Made by a program: the position numbers and the translations under genes
Origin: Bacteroidota bacterium
GTDB taxonomy: Bacteria > Bacteroidota > Bacteroidia > Palsa-965
DNA length: 64,000 nt
Direction of reading: 5' to 3'
Assembly: GCA_013288325.1 (NCBI GenBank)
Contig: JABDCB010000006.1
Location: 10,324 to 74,323 of the forward strand
In this document: positions 10,230 through 20,029 of the stretch, in pieces
How positions within the stretch are numbered: position 1 is the stretch's first letter
Layout of the letters: each line of letters begins with the position of its first letter
Notes under the pieces: generated by a model
What the model saw: the letters and a program-made list of their open reading frames with translations, nothing else
What the model was told of the DNA's origin: nothing
The model's database searches: none

Positions 10230-10778
10230 TTAGTTCATTGAATTTTCACGAAATGTACGTTCCAGCAAACGGATCTTACCCAGAATACTTGCATCATTCT
10301 GTTTGTCTCCGACTCTTAATACAAACCCGCCGATCAACTCTTTATTTACTTTCTCTACCAGTTCAACTTCGGATTGCAATTGTTTTTTGATCAATTCTTT
10401 TACACTCTTACGGGTGTCTTCATCCAGTCCCTGAGCTGTTGTAATCACAGCAGTAAGGATGTTTTTATTTTGTTTGTATTTCCGGATGAATTCTTCCGCT
10501 ACCATTTCAAGAAATTCTTCTCTTCGTTCATCGCTGATGAGACGAAGAAACTGAGATGTGATGGTGCTGACGGAAGCTCCAAAAATAGCATCCAGAATAC
10601 TTTTTTTCTTTTCTGTCTTGATTACCGGGCTATGAAGCATAGCCGCGAGATCGCGGTTTTCTTTAATAGTACGTAAGATAAGCTGTACATCGGTATATAC
10701 TTTTTCCAGTTCTCCTTTTTCAAGGGCCTGGTCAAGCAATGCTTTGGCATAACGTACGGAAGCGCGGGTCCCTTTCAT
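10230..10778 (-). CDS. atpH: F0F1 ATP synthase subunit delta (OSCP)
   Basis: 182 aa. N-terminal RYAKALLD and C-terminal GGFVLRVGDKQNDASI match the delta/OSCP pattern. Operon position is between atpF and atpA. Confidence 0.85.
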   Translation of the reverse strand: MKGTRASVRYAKALLDQALEKGELEKVYTDVQLILRTIKENRDLAAMLHSPVIKTEKKKSILDAIFGASVSTITSQFLRLISDERREEFLEMVAEEFIRKYKQNKNILTAVITTAQGLDEDTRKSVKELIKKQLQSEVELVEKVNKELIGGFVLRVGDKQNDASILGKIRLLERTFRENSMN

Positions 10779-10779
10779 G

Positions 10780-11274
10780 TCAGTTAAGGTTAACGTCGTT
10801 GAGCAGGGTTTTCACCAGTGTCTTTTGTTTTTCACTGGAAGAAAGCTCTTCTTTAAGAATCTTTTCTGCAATTTCAATGGAAAGACTGGCAACCTGATTT
10901 TTCATTTCAGCAATAGCTGCATTCTTTTCACTTTGAATATTTTCCCGGGCCGATTTGATGAGCTTGTCAGCTTCTTTCTGTGCAGCTCCTTTTGCTTCAC
11001 CAATTATCTGTTCCTTTATTTCACGGGCTTCCTTCAGCATAATATCGCGCTGGTTACGGGCTTCCGCAAGGAGTTTTTCATTGTTGCTCTGAAGAGCTTC
11101 CATTTCCTTTTTTGCTTTTTCAGCAGCGCTCAGAGCTTCTGTAATACTGTCTTCCCGTGCTTTCAGCATGGTCAGGATAGGCTTCCATGCAAATTTTTTC
11201 AGGATCCAGAAAATTATTCCGAAGCTTACCAGCATCCAGAAAAGAAGTCCGATAGAAGGTTTTACTAATTCCAT
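10780..11274 (-). CDS. atpF: F0F1 ATP synthase subunit b
   Basis: 164 aa with a single N-terminal TM helix followed by a long charged helix (KAKKEMEALQSNNEKLLAEARNQRD). Operon position supports the call. Confidence 0.85.
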   Translation of the reverse strand: MELVKPSIGLLFWMLVSFGIIFWILKKFAWKPILTMLKAREDSITEALSAAEKAKKEMEALQSNNEKLLAEARNQRDIMLKEAREIKEQIIGEAKGAAQKEADKLIKSARENIQSEKNAAIAEMKNQVASLSIEIAEKILKEELSSSEKQKTLVKTLLNDVNLN

Positions 11275-11319
11275 GAGTATAGATATCTGTGTGTATTGGA
11301 AAAAACTAATTTAAAAAGT

Positions 11320-11348
11320 CTTTCCGGCAACCAACCGTTGCCGGAAAG
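11320..11348 (-). promoter_or_regulatory. 12-bp perfect stem-loop inside the atp operon, between atpE and atpF
   Basis: The sequence is ctttccggcaac-caacc-gttgccggaaag, lying in the 85-nt atpE-atpF spacer. Confidence 0.5.
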
Positions 11349-11359
11349 AACTGTTCCTC

Positions 11360-11626
<267 letters not shown>

Positions 11627-11681
11627 TTATTTTCCTGTTTTCATTCAATAATACCGGTAACAGGAAACAACCGGAATAATC

Positions 11682-12821
11682 TTAATGATGTTCGGCATGA
11701 GCATGTTCTTCCGTAGCAGAGCCAAAATACATGGCAGCCAGCAACGTAAAAACATATGCCTGCAGGAATGCTACCAGCAATTCCAGCATACCCATAAATA
11801 CGGTAAATGCAATCGAAAGAACAGATACTCCGAGTCCAAGACCGGTATTCATTTCAGCAAAAATAAAAATGAGACAGAAAAAGGAAAGGGCGATGATGTG
11901 ACCAGCCAGTATATTGGCAAAAAGTCGGATCATTAATACAAATGGTTTCAGGAATATACCTATGATTTCTATAGGAGTGAGCAGTACAAGAACACCAACC
12001 GGTACGCCAGGCATAGCGACAATGTGTTTCCAGTAATTGGCATTTCCACTCAGCGTTGTAATAACAAATACAATAACAGCCAGCGTAAGTGCTACGGCAA
12101 TATTTCCGGTTACATTGGCTCCGAAAGGGAAGAAAGGGATGAGCCCCAGCATATTACTGAACCAGATGAAAAAGAAAACAGTAAGCAGGAAAGGGAGGTA
12201 TCTCATGTATTTCTTTTCCCCTATAGCCGATTTGGCAATATCATCGCGTACAAAAATGATAAGAGGTTCAATAAAAGACTGTAAACCTTTTGGGGCTTTG
12301 CCGGGAGCCCGTTTATATGCGTTTGCAGCGCTCAGGAATACCCAAAGCATAAGACCCATGGTAACAAAGATGGCCAATACATTTTTAGTAATACTCAGGT
12401 CGTAAATGCTGGCTGATACTTCCTCATCTTCATTTCCGCTGGCATCCAGTGCAATCATTTTGTGGGTGCCATCTGCTTTTTTCTCAAACTTAAATCCTTT
12501 TGAACCATCTTCCAGGTGAGAGGAGAGGAATATAGAAAGGCCTCTTTTGGAATAAAGAATAACAGGAAGGGGTATTGCTACAGTATGTTCGCCCTGACCG
12601 GCAATATGCCATTCATGGGAATCGCCGATGTGATCCAGAATCAGTTCTCCGGCATTGAATTTACCTTCCTTGCCTGCCACTTTTTCCACATGGGAAGAAG
12701 AAGCCCGGAGGGTATCATTATCAGGATCAGCCGCGCAGAGCAAGCCTGCCGGTAAAAGAAATGCTAGAATCAGGGAAAAACGTCTGAAAAATGCAGGAAA
12801 ATAACCCGGTTTAATGGCCAT
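11682..12821 (-). CDS. atpB: F0F1 ATP synthase subunit a (with long N-terminal extension)
   Basis: 379 aa. The conserved Arg motif is present (IRLFANILAGH). It is multi-TM and first in the core atp gene order. Confidence 0.9.
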   Translation of the reverse strand: MAIKPGYFPAFFRRFSLILAFLLPAGLLCAADPDNDTLRASSSHVEKVAGKEGKFNAGELILDHIGDSHEWHIAGQGEHTVAIPLPVILYSKRGLSIFLSSHLEDGSKGFKFEKKADGTHKMIALDASGNEDEEVSASIYDLSITKNVLAIFVTMGLMLWVFLSAANAYKRAPGKAPKGLQSFIEPLIIFVRDDIAKSAIGEKKYMRYLPFLLTVFFFIWFSNMLGLIPFFPFGANVTGNIAVALTLAVIVFVITTLSGNANYWKHIVAMPGVPVGVLVLLTPIEIIGIFLKPFVLMIRLFANILAGHIIALSFFCLIFIFAEMNTGLGLGVSVLSIAFTVFMGMLELLVAFLQAYVFTLLAAMYFGSATEEHAHAEHH

Positions 12822-12980
12822 TTGAAGGAATCGTTAAGCAGGTTTTTAAAATCGGGTGCAAACATAGAAAATCTGACAGAATTAGTGAAATAAAAACGCC
12901 TGATTTTTCAACAAAAACAATTCTTATGGATAAGAAAGATGAAATAAAGGAAAGTATCGATGAATAAAAGGAGGAAGGAG

Positions 12981-13349
12981 CTATTTTTTGAGCTTACCAT
13001 AGAGGCTGGAAACCTCAAAGACAGTGAACAACAGATACATGACCAGAAAATAAAGCGCCAGTACCCGGGCATGATCCCTGTTAATCAGAAAAAGGATGAT
13101 GAGGAAGCACAGATAGGTAAACAGCTTGATTCCGGTAATGCCCATGAATTTGTAAACAAAGTTTTTAGCTTCTCCGGAGGCAGAACGGAGCAGATATTGA
13201 TGCAGCAGGGCTGTACTGAGACTAAAGAAGGCGAGGATATACCAGGAAACAGAATCATGCCAGGAAGGTTCTGTAAAGTGATTCCAGCAAAAAAGCCCTG
13301 TGGCACAAAAGAGGATGAACACGGAAAGTTTAACAAGAAATTGTTTCAT
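12981..13349 (-). CDS. small 4-TM membrane protein associated with the atp operon (function unknown)
   Basis: 122 aa with four hydrophobic segments, positioned between the AtpZ-like gene and atpB. No motif was recognised. Confidence 0.5.
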   Translation of the reverse strand: MKQFLVKLSVFILFCATGLFCWNHFTEPSWHDSVSWYILAFFSLSTALLHQYLLRSASGEAKNFVYKFMGITGIKLFTYLCFLIILFLINRDHARVLALYFLVMYLLFTVFEVSSLYGKLKK

Positions 13350-13382
13350 TGTTCTGACGGGTAGGCGCCCTAGAAGCCCCTC

Positions 13383-13613
13383 TTATTTCTTCAAAAAATC
13401 GCGGATAAAATACCAGAGTGCTGCAAAAACACCGGAAATGGCAAGAAGTAAGGTGAATACCGGGAATTTAAGTGCCATCCACCCATCCAGTTTATGTCCC
13501 AGAAAGGTGCTTCCTCCCATAATGGCCGCCATTTGGAGGCCCATGGCAGAATACTTAAGTAAATCAGTAGGCGACTGCTTTTTCTTTGGCGACTGTGGTT
13601 TCGGTTCCTCCAT
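13383..13613 (-). CDS. AtpZ/AtpI-family small membrane protein
   Basis: 76 aa. A basic N-terminus is followed by LLKYSAMGLQMAAIMGGSTFLGHKLD and two TM helices. Its position upstream of atpB is typical for this family. Confidence 0.7.
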   Translation of the reverse strand: MEEPKPQSPKKKQSPTDLLKYSAMGLQMAAIMGGSTFLGHKLDGWMALKFPVFTLLLAISGVFAALWYFIRDFLKK

Positions 13614-13998
13614 GTTTCAGGTCTTTAACCACCCCACCCATGCTACAGGAGCCGGTGAAATCTGCTCCGGGTTCGATGGATAACTTATTGGTCACCAAAT
13701 CACCACTTAGTTTAGCAGTTGATTTAAGGGATAGAAGTTCAGATACGGTAACCTTAGCACGAAGCGTTCCTGAAATATCCGCATTCTGACAGACAACTTC
13801 TCCGTCGATATTTCCTGTGCTTCCTACTACCAACTTACCTTTTACATTGATAGAGCCTTTAATTTGCCCGTCAATACGAATATCCCCGTTGGATTTGATA
13901 TCTCCTTCTATAATTGTTCCGGCACCGATCAGGTTAATGGATGGAGAGTCAGTTGTGCTGGTCTTTGACATGCCGTTTGTTTTGTTTGAGTTGAACAT
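13564..13998 (-). CDS. bactofilin (polymer-forming cytoskeletal protein)
   Basis: 144 aa. The repetitive beta-helix pattern is GTIIEGDIKSNGDIRIDGQIKGSINVKGKLVVGSTGNIDGEVVCQNADISGTL. Its 3' end overlaps the AtpZ start by 50 nt. Confidence 0.8.
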   Translation of the reverse strand: MFNSNKTNGMSKTSTTDSPSINLIGAGTIIEGDIKSNGDIRIDGQIKGSINVKGKLVVGSTGNIDGEVVCQNADISGTLRAKVTVSELLSLKSTAKLSGDLVTNKLSIEPGADFTGSCSMGGVVKDLKHGGTETTVAKEKAVAY

Positions 13999-14203
13999 TA
14001 AGTTAAGAAATTATGAATTCTGGTAAAAGTAGGTAAAAAAGCAGAAAAACAAGGATAATTACTGTTAAAACGAGGAAATTAATGAACAAAATGACGAAAA
14101 TTGTTGAAAACGTCGGTATGCCACTCGGTAGAGCGGTCAGCAGGGGGACTTTCTTATCGATGCATGTAAGCCGAAAATCGGCTAAAGAGATAGACTCCGG
14201 AAC

Positions 14204-16915
14204 TCAAGGCTCTTTTTTGAAATAATTGGTATTGAAGAACGTCTTGTACTCTTCCGAATCTTTTTCATGATAAAAGATGGAGAAATTTTCCATAGACATC
14301 GCATATACCTCTACGGAATTGAGAGAAATATCTTTGAAAACATCTTTGTCACCTTTTACAAACTCGTAATAAGTCATAGCCCCTTTTTTGTCGGGAAACT
14401 CCTTTATCTGAATAATCTGATAGTCCTCTTTTAGAGGAATAGCCATGATCGTAAGATTGAGAGAGGCAAAATACTGAGCATTGAAATTACTGAGGTTTAC
14501 CTTCACATCATTCAGGCTTATGCCTCTTCCTTTCAATATAATAATGTCGTAGTGAACCACATCTTCTTTAAAGGTGTATTTGTCTTTTTTCATTTCTGTG
14601 GAGTCTACTTTGGCTGCAGCTCCCGTTTTTACCCGACGTATAGCATCCAGCATACCGGCGGCTTCATTTCTGACAGGATCTTTTGGGTATTTTACAGTCA
14701 CCGTGGTCAATGCTATTTCATAGGCTTTCATATCGCCGGTATGGCCTAATGCCAATGCTTTCAGATAACAGAATTTTGGGCTTAATTTACTGCCGGCGTA
14801 CATAGAATCGGCCAGTTCGCAGCGCTGAATTACATCCGGATAGTTTCCACTCTGGTAAACAGCATATGTTTCGTTATAGAATAGTTTTACCTTATCCTGA
14901 TTTGCATTGCGGTTGTGTACGCTTTCCGGATTTTTGAGAATAGGAACCAACTCGGAATCGGGATACTTTGTAAGAATAATATTTCTGTTTATATCCGCTT
15001 TTTCCTGATTTTCCATCGCAATATACAGCCTGTAAAGAAAGTAATATGCTGTTGGAACATATTTGTTGTCGGGAAAGCGGTGGAGCATATCTTCAAAAGC
15101 TTCGGCAGCTTTTGGGTTGTTCATTAATGCTTCTTTATAAATCATTCCCGCATTATAATAGGCATCTGTTATCTTAAGATTTGAACGATCTACTGCTTCC
15201 TTTGTGAACGGGAGATTTTTCAGGTAAAAATCCCTTGAAGTATTTGCCGCGGCCGCATTTTTTTTCTTGTCTTTTACAGAAGTTGTCGCCGTAGCTTTGA
15301 CCGTGGTATCCTGATCACTGGTTGTGCCGGCATCCGAAAAACCGCTGCTTTCTTTATTACTTCTTCTCCAGTTGTCTTCCAGTTTACGGTCACCCCATTT
15401 CTTTTTGAAATCGGCAATACCAAAACTAACAGCACCTGGATTGGTAAAGTACCAGGAACCGGCATCGGGATTTGATGTGCTGGAATTTGAATTATTACCC
15501 GGTGCGCTTCCGCTGGAAGGATTCGCTTTTGCAGCCAGACGCTCTTCTTCCTTCTTTTTTTCATCTTCTTTTACCTGTACAATGATACGATCGATCAGGG
15601 CGTTTCGGGAAGCGGTGTCCATTCCGGCAACTTTTTGAAGACTGTCTTCTGTGCTGATAGTCTGAAGGCTTTTTACCAATTCCGTCAGATTTTTCTGCTT
15701 GGCTACAATGATTTCATAATTCGGATAGTCCTTTTTTATAAGCGGTACCACACTATCATAATAAGATTGTGCATGCTTGTAATCTGTTTTTGCATAATAC
15801 AAATCGGCCAGAGTAAGGTAGGAAAGAGCTTTCTGAATCGGATTCTTTTTGCTTACCGATACCGATCGCCTCAGGTAGTCAATTCCTGGTTCTTCATGAT
15901 TTTGTTGCAGTTCAATCCTGGCTAATGTATAATAGATCTGATCCCGGTATTCTTCATTTTTAAAATCCTTGGTCATCTTCAGCAGTTCTGCCTTTACTTT
16001 ATCACCTTTCCCATTGGCAAAATCATAGAGTCGCGCATGATTCAGCCTGGCATTAAACTCCATATCATACTTGGGTTTCATGTGTGCCACCTGGGCAAAG
16101 AGACCGGAAGCTTTTTTTGTTTCGCCGGTTTTTTCATACATCTGGGCAAGGATAAACACAAATCGCGCCCGCTCATCTTTATTCTTCGAAAAAGGGTTGT
16201 CACGTATAAATGGGAATTTCTTGAGGGGACCCGCTGGTTCCAGCATGGTAATAGCTTTGGTGAGATTGGGAATGGCAGCACCCCACAATTCTCTTCTCAT
16301 ATCATAATCGGCCGCCAAGGCATAGAGATCAAATAACTTCTTTTTCGGAAATTTTTTATCCTCTTTTAATGTGGTAATAAGGTCTTCGGCTTTTGAAAAA
16401 ATACTGGTTTCGTTATATGTCTTTATTAACCAAAGAAAACCGTCATAATGAACCGGATACTTTACATATTTCTTGGTAACATATTCAAATGCATCTACAG
16501 CCCCGAAGTAATCTTGCTTATAAAACCGTGCCTGGCCTATAGCCATAAAACAATCTTCAATCCAACTATTGGCATGAGCTATCTCTACATTTTTTTTGTC
16601 CGTAATCATGTGCCTTTCAATGGCACTCGTACACTTTTTAATGGCTTTTTCAAAATCGCCGGAAGCCATCTTGGAGCTTTCCTTATTACCATAAACGTAT
16701 AGGGGCAGGATATTGGAATAATCGTCAATATTGGATTTTTCTAACTTCAATACCCCGTCTTTAATCGCTTCACGGGCATAATAATATCCATTGTAACGGG
16801 TATTCATGCGGTGATAGCCACGGGTAAGCCAGGTGTTCTTTTTAGTGGAACATCCTGACAAGCCATACATGAGTATGACAACAAGGACTATATAAGTACT
16901 TATTCGTTTCAACAT
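14204..16915 (-). CDS. TPR-repeat lipoprotein, SprE/PorW-like (T9SS/gliding-associated), tentative
   Basis: The ORF is open to 16972, but the likely start is the Met at 16915, which gives a lipoprotein signal (LVVILMYGLSGC). The sequence after the Cys is KKNTWLTRGYHRMNTRYNGYYYA. There are many TPR-like helices, a central S/N/T-rich linker, and WYFTNPGAVSFGIADFKKKWGDRKLEDNWRRS, which I recall from SprE/PorW proteins. No search was run. Confidence 0.55.
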   Translation of the reverse strand: MLKRISTYIVLVVILMYGLSGCSTKKNTWLTRGYHRMNTRYNGYYYAREAIKDGVLKLEKSNIDDYSNILPLYVYGNKESSKMASGDFEKAIKKCTSAIERHMITDKKNVEIAHANSWIEDCFMAIGQARFYKQDYFGAVDAFEYVTKKYVKYPVHYDGFLWLIKTYNETSIFSKAEDLITTLKEDKKFPKKKLFDLYALAADYDMRRELWGAAIPNLTKAITMLEPAGPLKKFPFIRDNPFSKNKDERARFVFILAQMYEKTGETKKASGLFAQVAHMKPKYDMEFNARLNHARLYDFANGKGDKVKAELLKMTKDFKNEEYRDQIYYTLARIELQQNHEEPGIDYLRRSVSVSKKNPIQKALSYLTLADLYYAKTDYKHAQSYYDSVVPLIKKDYPNYEIIVAKQKNLTELVKSLQTISTEDSLQKVAGMDTASRNALIDRIIVQVKEDEKKKEEERLAAKANPSSGSAPGNNSNSSTSNPDAGSWYFTNPGAVSFGIADFKKKWGDRKLEDNWRRSNKESSGFSDAGTTSDQDTTVKATATTSVKDKKKNAAAANTSRDFYLKNLPFTKEAVDRSNLKITDAYYNAGMIYKEALMNNPKAAEAFEDMLHRFPDNKYVPTAYYFLYRLYIAMENQEKADINRNIILTKYPDSELVPILKNPESVHNRNANQDKVKLFYNETYAVYQSGNYPDVIQRCELADSMYAGSKLSPKFCYLKALALGHTGDMKAYEIALTTVTVKYPKDPVRNEAAGMLDAIRRVKTGAAAKVDSTEMKKDKYTFKEDVVHYDIIILKGRGISLNDVKVNLSNFNAQYFASLNLTIMAIPLKEDYQIIQIKEFPDKKGAMTYYEFVKGDKDVFKDISLNSVEVYAMSMENFSIFYHEKDSEEYKTFFNTNYFKKEP

Positions 16916-17123
16916 GAAGCAAGCTCCGGCAAAGGGCAAAGCTATGCGTATTTTATAACGCCGGGATGGCAAATTTATTGTATTTCCGGTAATTTCCCCA
17001 TATTATCCAAGGTAAAGACGTGATAACCGGATCTTTCTGAAATCAACTCCTCCGGAATAGGAATGGTTCAATATTGTTATTACTCTCTTTATTCCTGTTG
17101 CTTGTTTCTTATCTTTATCCGCC

Positions 17124-17603
17124 ATGACCCGCGCCCTTAGTTTCTATATTCTTCTTCTCGACTTTTTTATGCTCATTATTGCCATCATGAGCTTTTTTAT
17201 GCTTTTGAACCATAAACCCATTACAGGAGAAGGAGACAGGTTACTTGTTGGAAGCATGTTTTTAAATTCGGTTTTTTCAGTTATTTATATCCTTTATACC
17301 CGGAACACTGTTTCAGGTGTTGAATATCAGAGAGATCAGCGGGTGATTGACGATCTGATGCCGGATGATAAGGCAGTACCTGTTGCCGGTGGAATTAAGT
17401 TTTGTGGGGTTATGGCAGGTGCCTTGTCTGCCTTTATCCTGGGAGCACTCGTATTGCCTTTTGCATTTACCTATACCGATCAGGAGCCCAGGGTGCATTT
17501 TGAATCGAATGCAAGTATTATCCTGGTGGTTATCATATTCAATGCCATCTGTCAGCCATGGTATGTATGGAAGACATTCAACAATGTTAAATCTGAAAAA
17601 TGA
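17124..17603 (+). CDS. hypothetical 4-TM membrane protein
   Basis: 159 aa with four hydrophobic helices. Its stop overlaps the next start (ATGA). Confidence 0.5.
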   Translation: MTRALSFYILLLDFFMLIIAIMSFFMLLNHKPITGEGDRLLVGSMFLNSVFSVIYILYTRNTVSGVEYQRDQRVIDDLMPDDKAVPVAGGIKFCGVMAGALSAFILGALVLPFAFTYTDQEPRVHFESNASIILVVIIFNAICQPWYVWKTFNNVKSEK

Positions 17604-18451
17604 AAAATCTTTTTCTGTTTCTTCTTTTCCCATTTACGCTTGGTGCACAAAGCAGTAACTCCCTGCTCTGGGAAATAAGCGGGAATGGAATGGAAAGTCC
17701 TTCGTATGTATTCGGAACGTATCATTTGATTACGAGCACCTTTATCGATTCATTTCCGGTTATTATGCAGAGTCTTCAGAAGACAAAAGCAATAGTCGGG
17801 GAACTGGTGATAGATGCGAGTGTTCAGCAAAAGGTAATGGACGCGTCAGTTATGAAAGATTCCAGCCTGGATCAGCTGATGAGTGCCGAAGATTATAAAT
17901 TGGTAGCCGATTATTTTAAAGAGCAGGTTGGCATGGAATTGAGTTTTTTTAAGAAAATGAAACCTGTTATTATCAGCACTTTTTTCTATACCCCTATTGT
18001 TAAAAAAAACAAGGGAACAGCGATGGATATCTATTTTCAGGAAAAAGGGAAAGAAGGCGGAAAAGAAGTACTTGGGCTAGAGACTGTGGATGATCAGATC
18101 AAAACCTTGTTTGGAGGGATGTCGCTTAAACGCCAGGCGGATATGTTGGTAAAGAGTGTAAAGGAAAAGGATAAGACACAAAGAGAAATGCTCAAGATGG
18201 ATAGTTGTTACCGGAGGGGAGATTTGGATTGTCTGGCAAATGGAATAAAAGACGATGATTCGTATTCTGTTGATGAAATGGAGCAGCTTTTATATTCGCG
18301 TAATGCCAATTGGATCAAGGAATTGCCGGAAATGATGAAAAAGAGGCCCCTGTTTATTGCAGTAGGTGCAGGTCATTTGCCCGGAGATAAGGGATTGCTC
18401 AATCTTCTTGCACAACAAGGCTTTACAATAAAAAAGGTGCCTCTTAACTGA
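17600..18451 (+). CDS. TraB/GumN family protein
   Basis: 283 aa. It has a signal peptide, SLLWEISGNGMESPSYVFGTYHL at the N-terminus and AVGAGHLPG near the C-terminus, both typical of TraB/GumN. Confidence 0.75.
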   Translation: MKNLFLFLLFPFTLGAQSSNSLLWEISGNGMESPSYVFGTYHLITSTFIDSFPVIMQSLQKTKAIVGELVIDASVQQKVMDASVMKDSSLDQLMSAEDYKLVADYFKEQVGMELSFFKKMKPVIISTFFYTPIVKKNKGTAMDIYFQEKGKEGGKEVLGLETVDDQIKTLFGGMSLKRQADMLVKSVKEKDKTQREMLKMDSCYRRGDLDCLANGIKDDDSYSVDEMEQLLYSRNANWIKELPEMMKKRPLFIAVGAGHLPGDKGLLNLLAQQGFTIKKVPLN

Positions 18452-18517
18452 CTTTTATATTGGATATTCACTTTTTTGAAACAGAAATGCCCTTTGTTTT
18501 TTCTTTAATTTAGCGCC

Positions 18518-19657
18518 ATGCTTTTCCACAATATTCTTGGTCAGGAAGATGTCAAGCAGCGACTCATTCAATCTGTCGAAGGAAACAGAATTCCTCATGC
18601 CCAATTGATGCTGGGAGCAGAAGGAAGTGGAGGTCTGGCGCTTGCGGTTGCCTATGCGCAGTATATTTTCTGTGTAAACAAAACAGCTCAGGATTCCTGC
18701 GGAATATGTCCTGCTTGCCAGAAATGCCAGAAATTAGTCCATCCCGATCTTCATTTTGTATTTCCTATTGCACTTTCCAAAGATGTACGTCAAAGCGATG
18801 ACTTGCTAGCCGACTTTCGTCAGTCTTTCATACGCGATCCTTATCTGAGCCTTCAATCCTGGGTTGCTGATTTGGGTGCAGAAAACAAACAACCGGTAAT
18901 TCCTGTTGAGGAAAGCGGGTCTATTCTTCGTAAACTCAGTTTTACCACTTTTGAAGGCGGTTATAAAATCATGATTATCTGGTTGCCCGAAAAGATGAAT
19001 CATCAGGCAGCAAACAAACTGCTTAAGATTCTGGAGGAACCACCCAATAAAACACTTTTTTTGCTTGTTACTGAGCAAGAAGATCAGTTGTTACGGACCA
19101 TCGTATCACGTACTCAGCTGATTCCTGTTCCAAAACTTCCTGATACTGTTATTACGAAAGCGCTGATGGAACATGCTGGTATGACGGAAGAAGATGCGGT
19201 TAAACTTGCATTTCTTTCCGATGGAAATTACAGCGCTGCACGTAAATTATTAAGCGAAAACGAACAGGCAGCTTTGTATCTGAAACTTTTTCAGGAATGG
19301 ATGAGGGCATGTCTGAAGTTTGATGCACGTAAAGTGGCCGATGTTATAGATGATCTGGCCCCGCTAAAAAGGGAAAAACATAAAGAGTTTTTGCGCTATG
19401 CATTGGGAATTTTAAGAGAATGTTTGCTGATGAATTATGCCGATCCTTCCCAAGTAAGACTTCGGGGAGAGGAACTGGCTTTTGTCGCCAAATTTTCCAG
19501 ATTTATACATGCCGGAAACTGTGAACGTTTTATTGAAGAGATTAATAAAGCAGCCTATGCTATAGAGCGTAATGCAGCTCCCAAAATGTTGTTCATGGAC
19601 TTGTCATTTAAAGCCAACGAACTACTGAATATTCCTCTCCCGGTTATGAGTGTTTAG
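18518..19657 (+). CDS. holB: DNA polymerase III subunit delta prime
   Basis: 379 aa. Motifs are RIPHAQLMLGAEGSGG, a zinc-module-like CGICPACQKCQKLVHPD, and SRTQ. Confidence 0.8.
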   Translation: MLFHNILGQEDVKQRLIQSVEGNRIPHAQLMLGAEGSGGLALAVAYAQYIFCVNKTAQDSCGICPACQKCQKLVHPDLHFVFPIALSKDVRQSDDLLADFRQSFIRDPYLSLQSWVADLGAENKQPVIPVEESGSILRKLSFTTFEGGYKIMIIWLPEKMNHQAANKLLKILEEPPNKTLFLLVTEQEDQLLRTIVSRTQLIPVPKLPDTVITKALMEHAGMTEEDAVKLAFLSDGNYSAARKLLSENEQAALYLKLFQEWMRACLKFDARKVADVIDDLAPLKREKHKEFLRYALGILRECLLMNYADPSQVRLRGEELAFVAKFSRFIHAGNCERFIEEINKAAYAIERNAAPKMLFMDLSFKANELLNIPLPVMSV

Positions 19658-19828
19658 CCGTTATCCTCCGGAATAATATTCCTCATTTATAATGTTTTCT
19701 ATTTTAAATTAGTAACTATCTCTGTATTTGTAATATTTGTAGCCCTGTAATTGCCCACTGATTTGTTAAATATTCGGTAATTTAGTACATTTACATATAA
19801 TTAAATACCATAAAACGTTTTAACCAGC

Positions 19829-20029
19829 ATGAACCGTATTAAAGAAATCCTTTCAGAGCAAGGCAGAACGCAAATCTGGTTGGCAAAAAGAATTCAACGG
19901 AGTTATGTGGTAACTACAAATTATTGTAACAATAAAACACAACCAAGTTTACCGATTCTATATAAAATTGCTGCCGCACTTAAGGTAGATGTACGGGAGT
20001 TGCTTGTGTCTACAGGTGGCAAAAAATAA
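19829..20029 (+). CDS. small XRE-family helix-turn-helix transcriptional regulator
   Basis: 66 aa with an HTH (GRTQIWLAKRIQRSYVVTTNYCNNKTQPSLPILYKIAAALKVDVRELL). It is flanked by AT-rich non-coding DNA. Confidence 0.75.
   Translation: MNRIKEILSEQGRTQIWLAKRIQRSYVVTTNYCNNKTQPSLPILYKIAAALKVDVRELLVSTGGKK

Noticed and set aside
14127-14134. A GGTAGAGC string resembling a tRNA D-loop occurs in the intergenic region between the SprE-like gene and the bactofilin gene.
   Set aside because: No acceptor stem, anticodon arm or GTTCGAATC-like T-arm can be built from the flanking sequence. It is not a tRNA or a convincing tRNA fragment.
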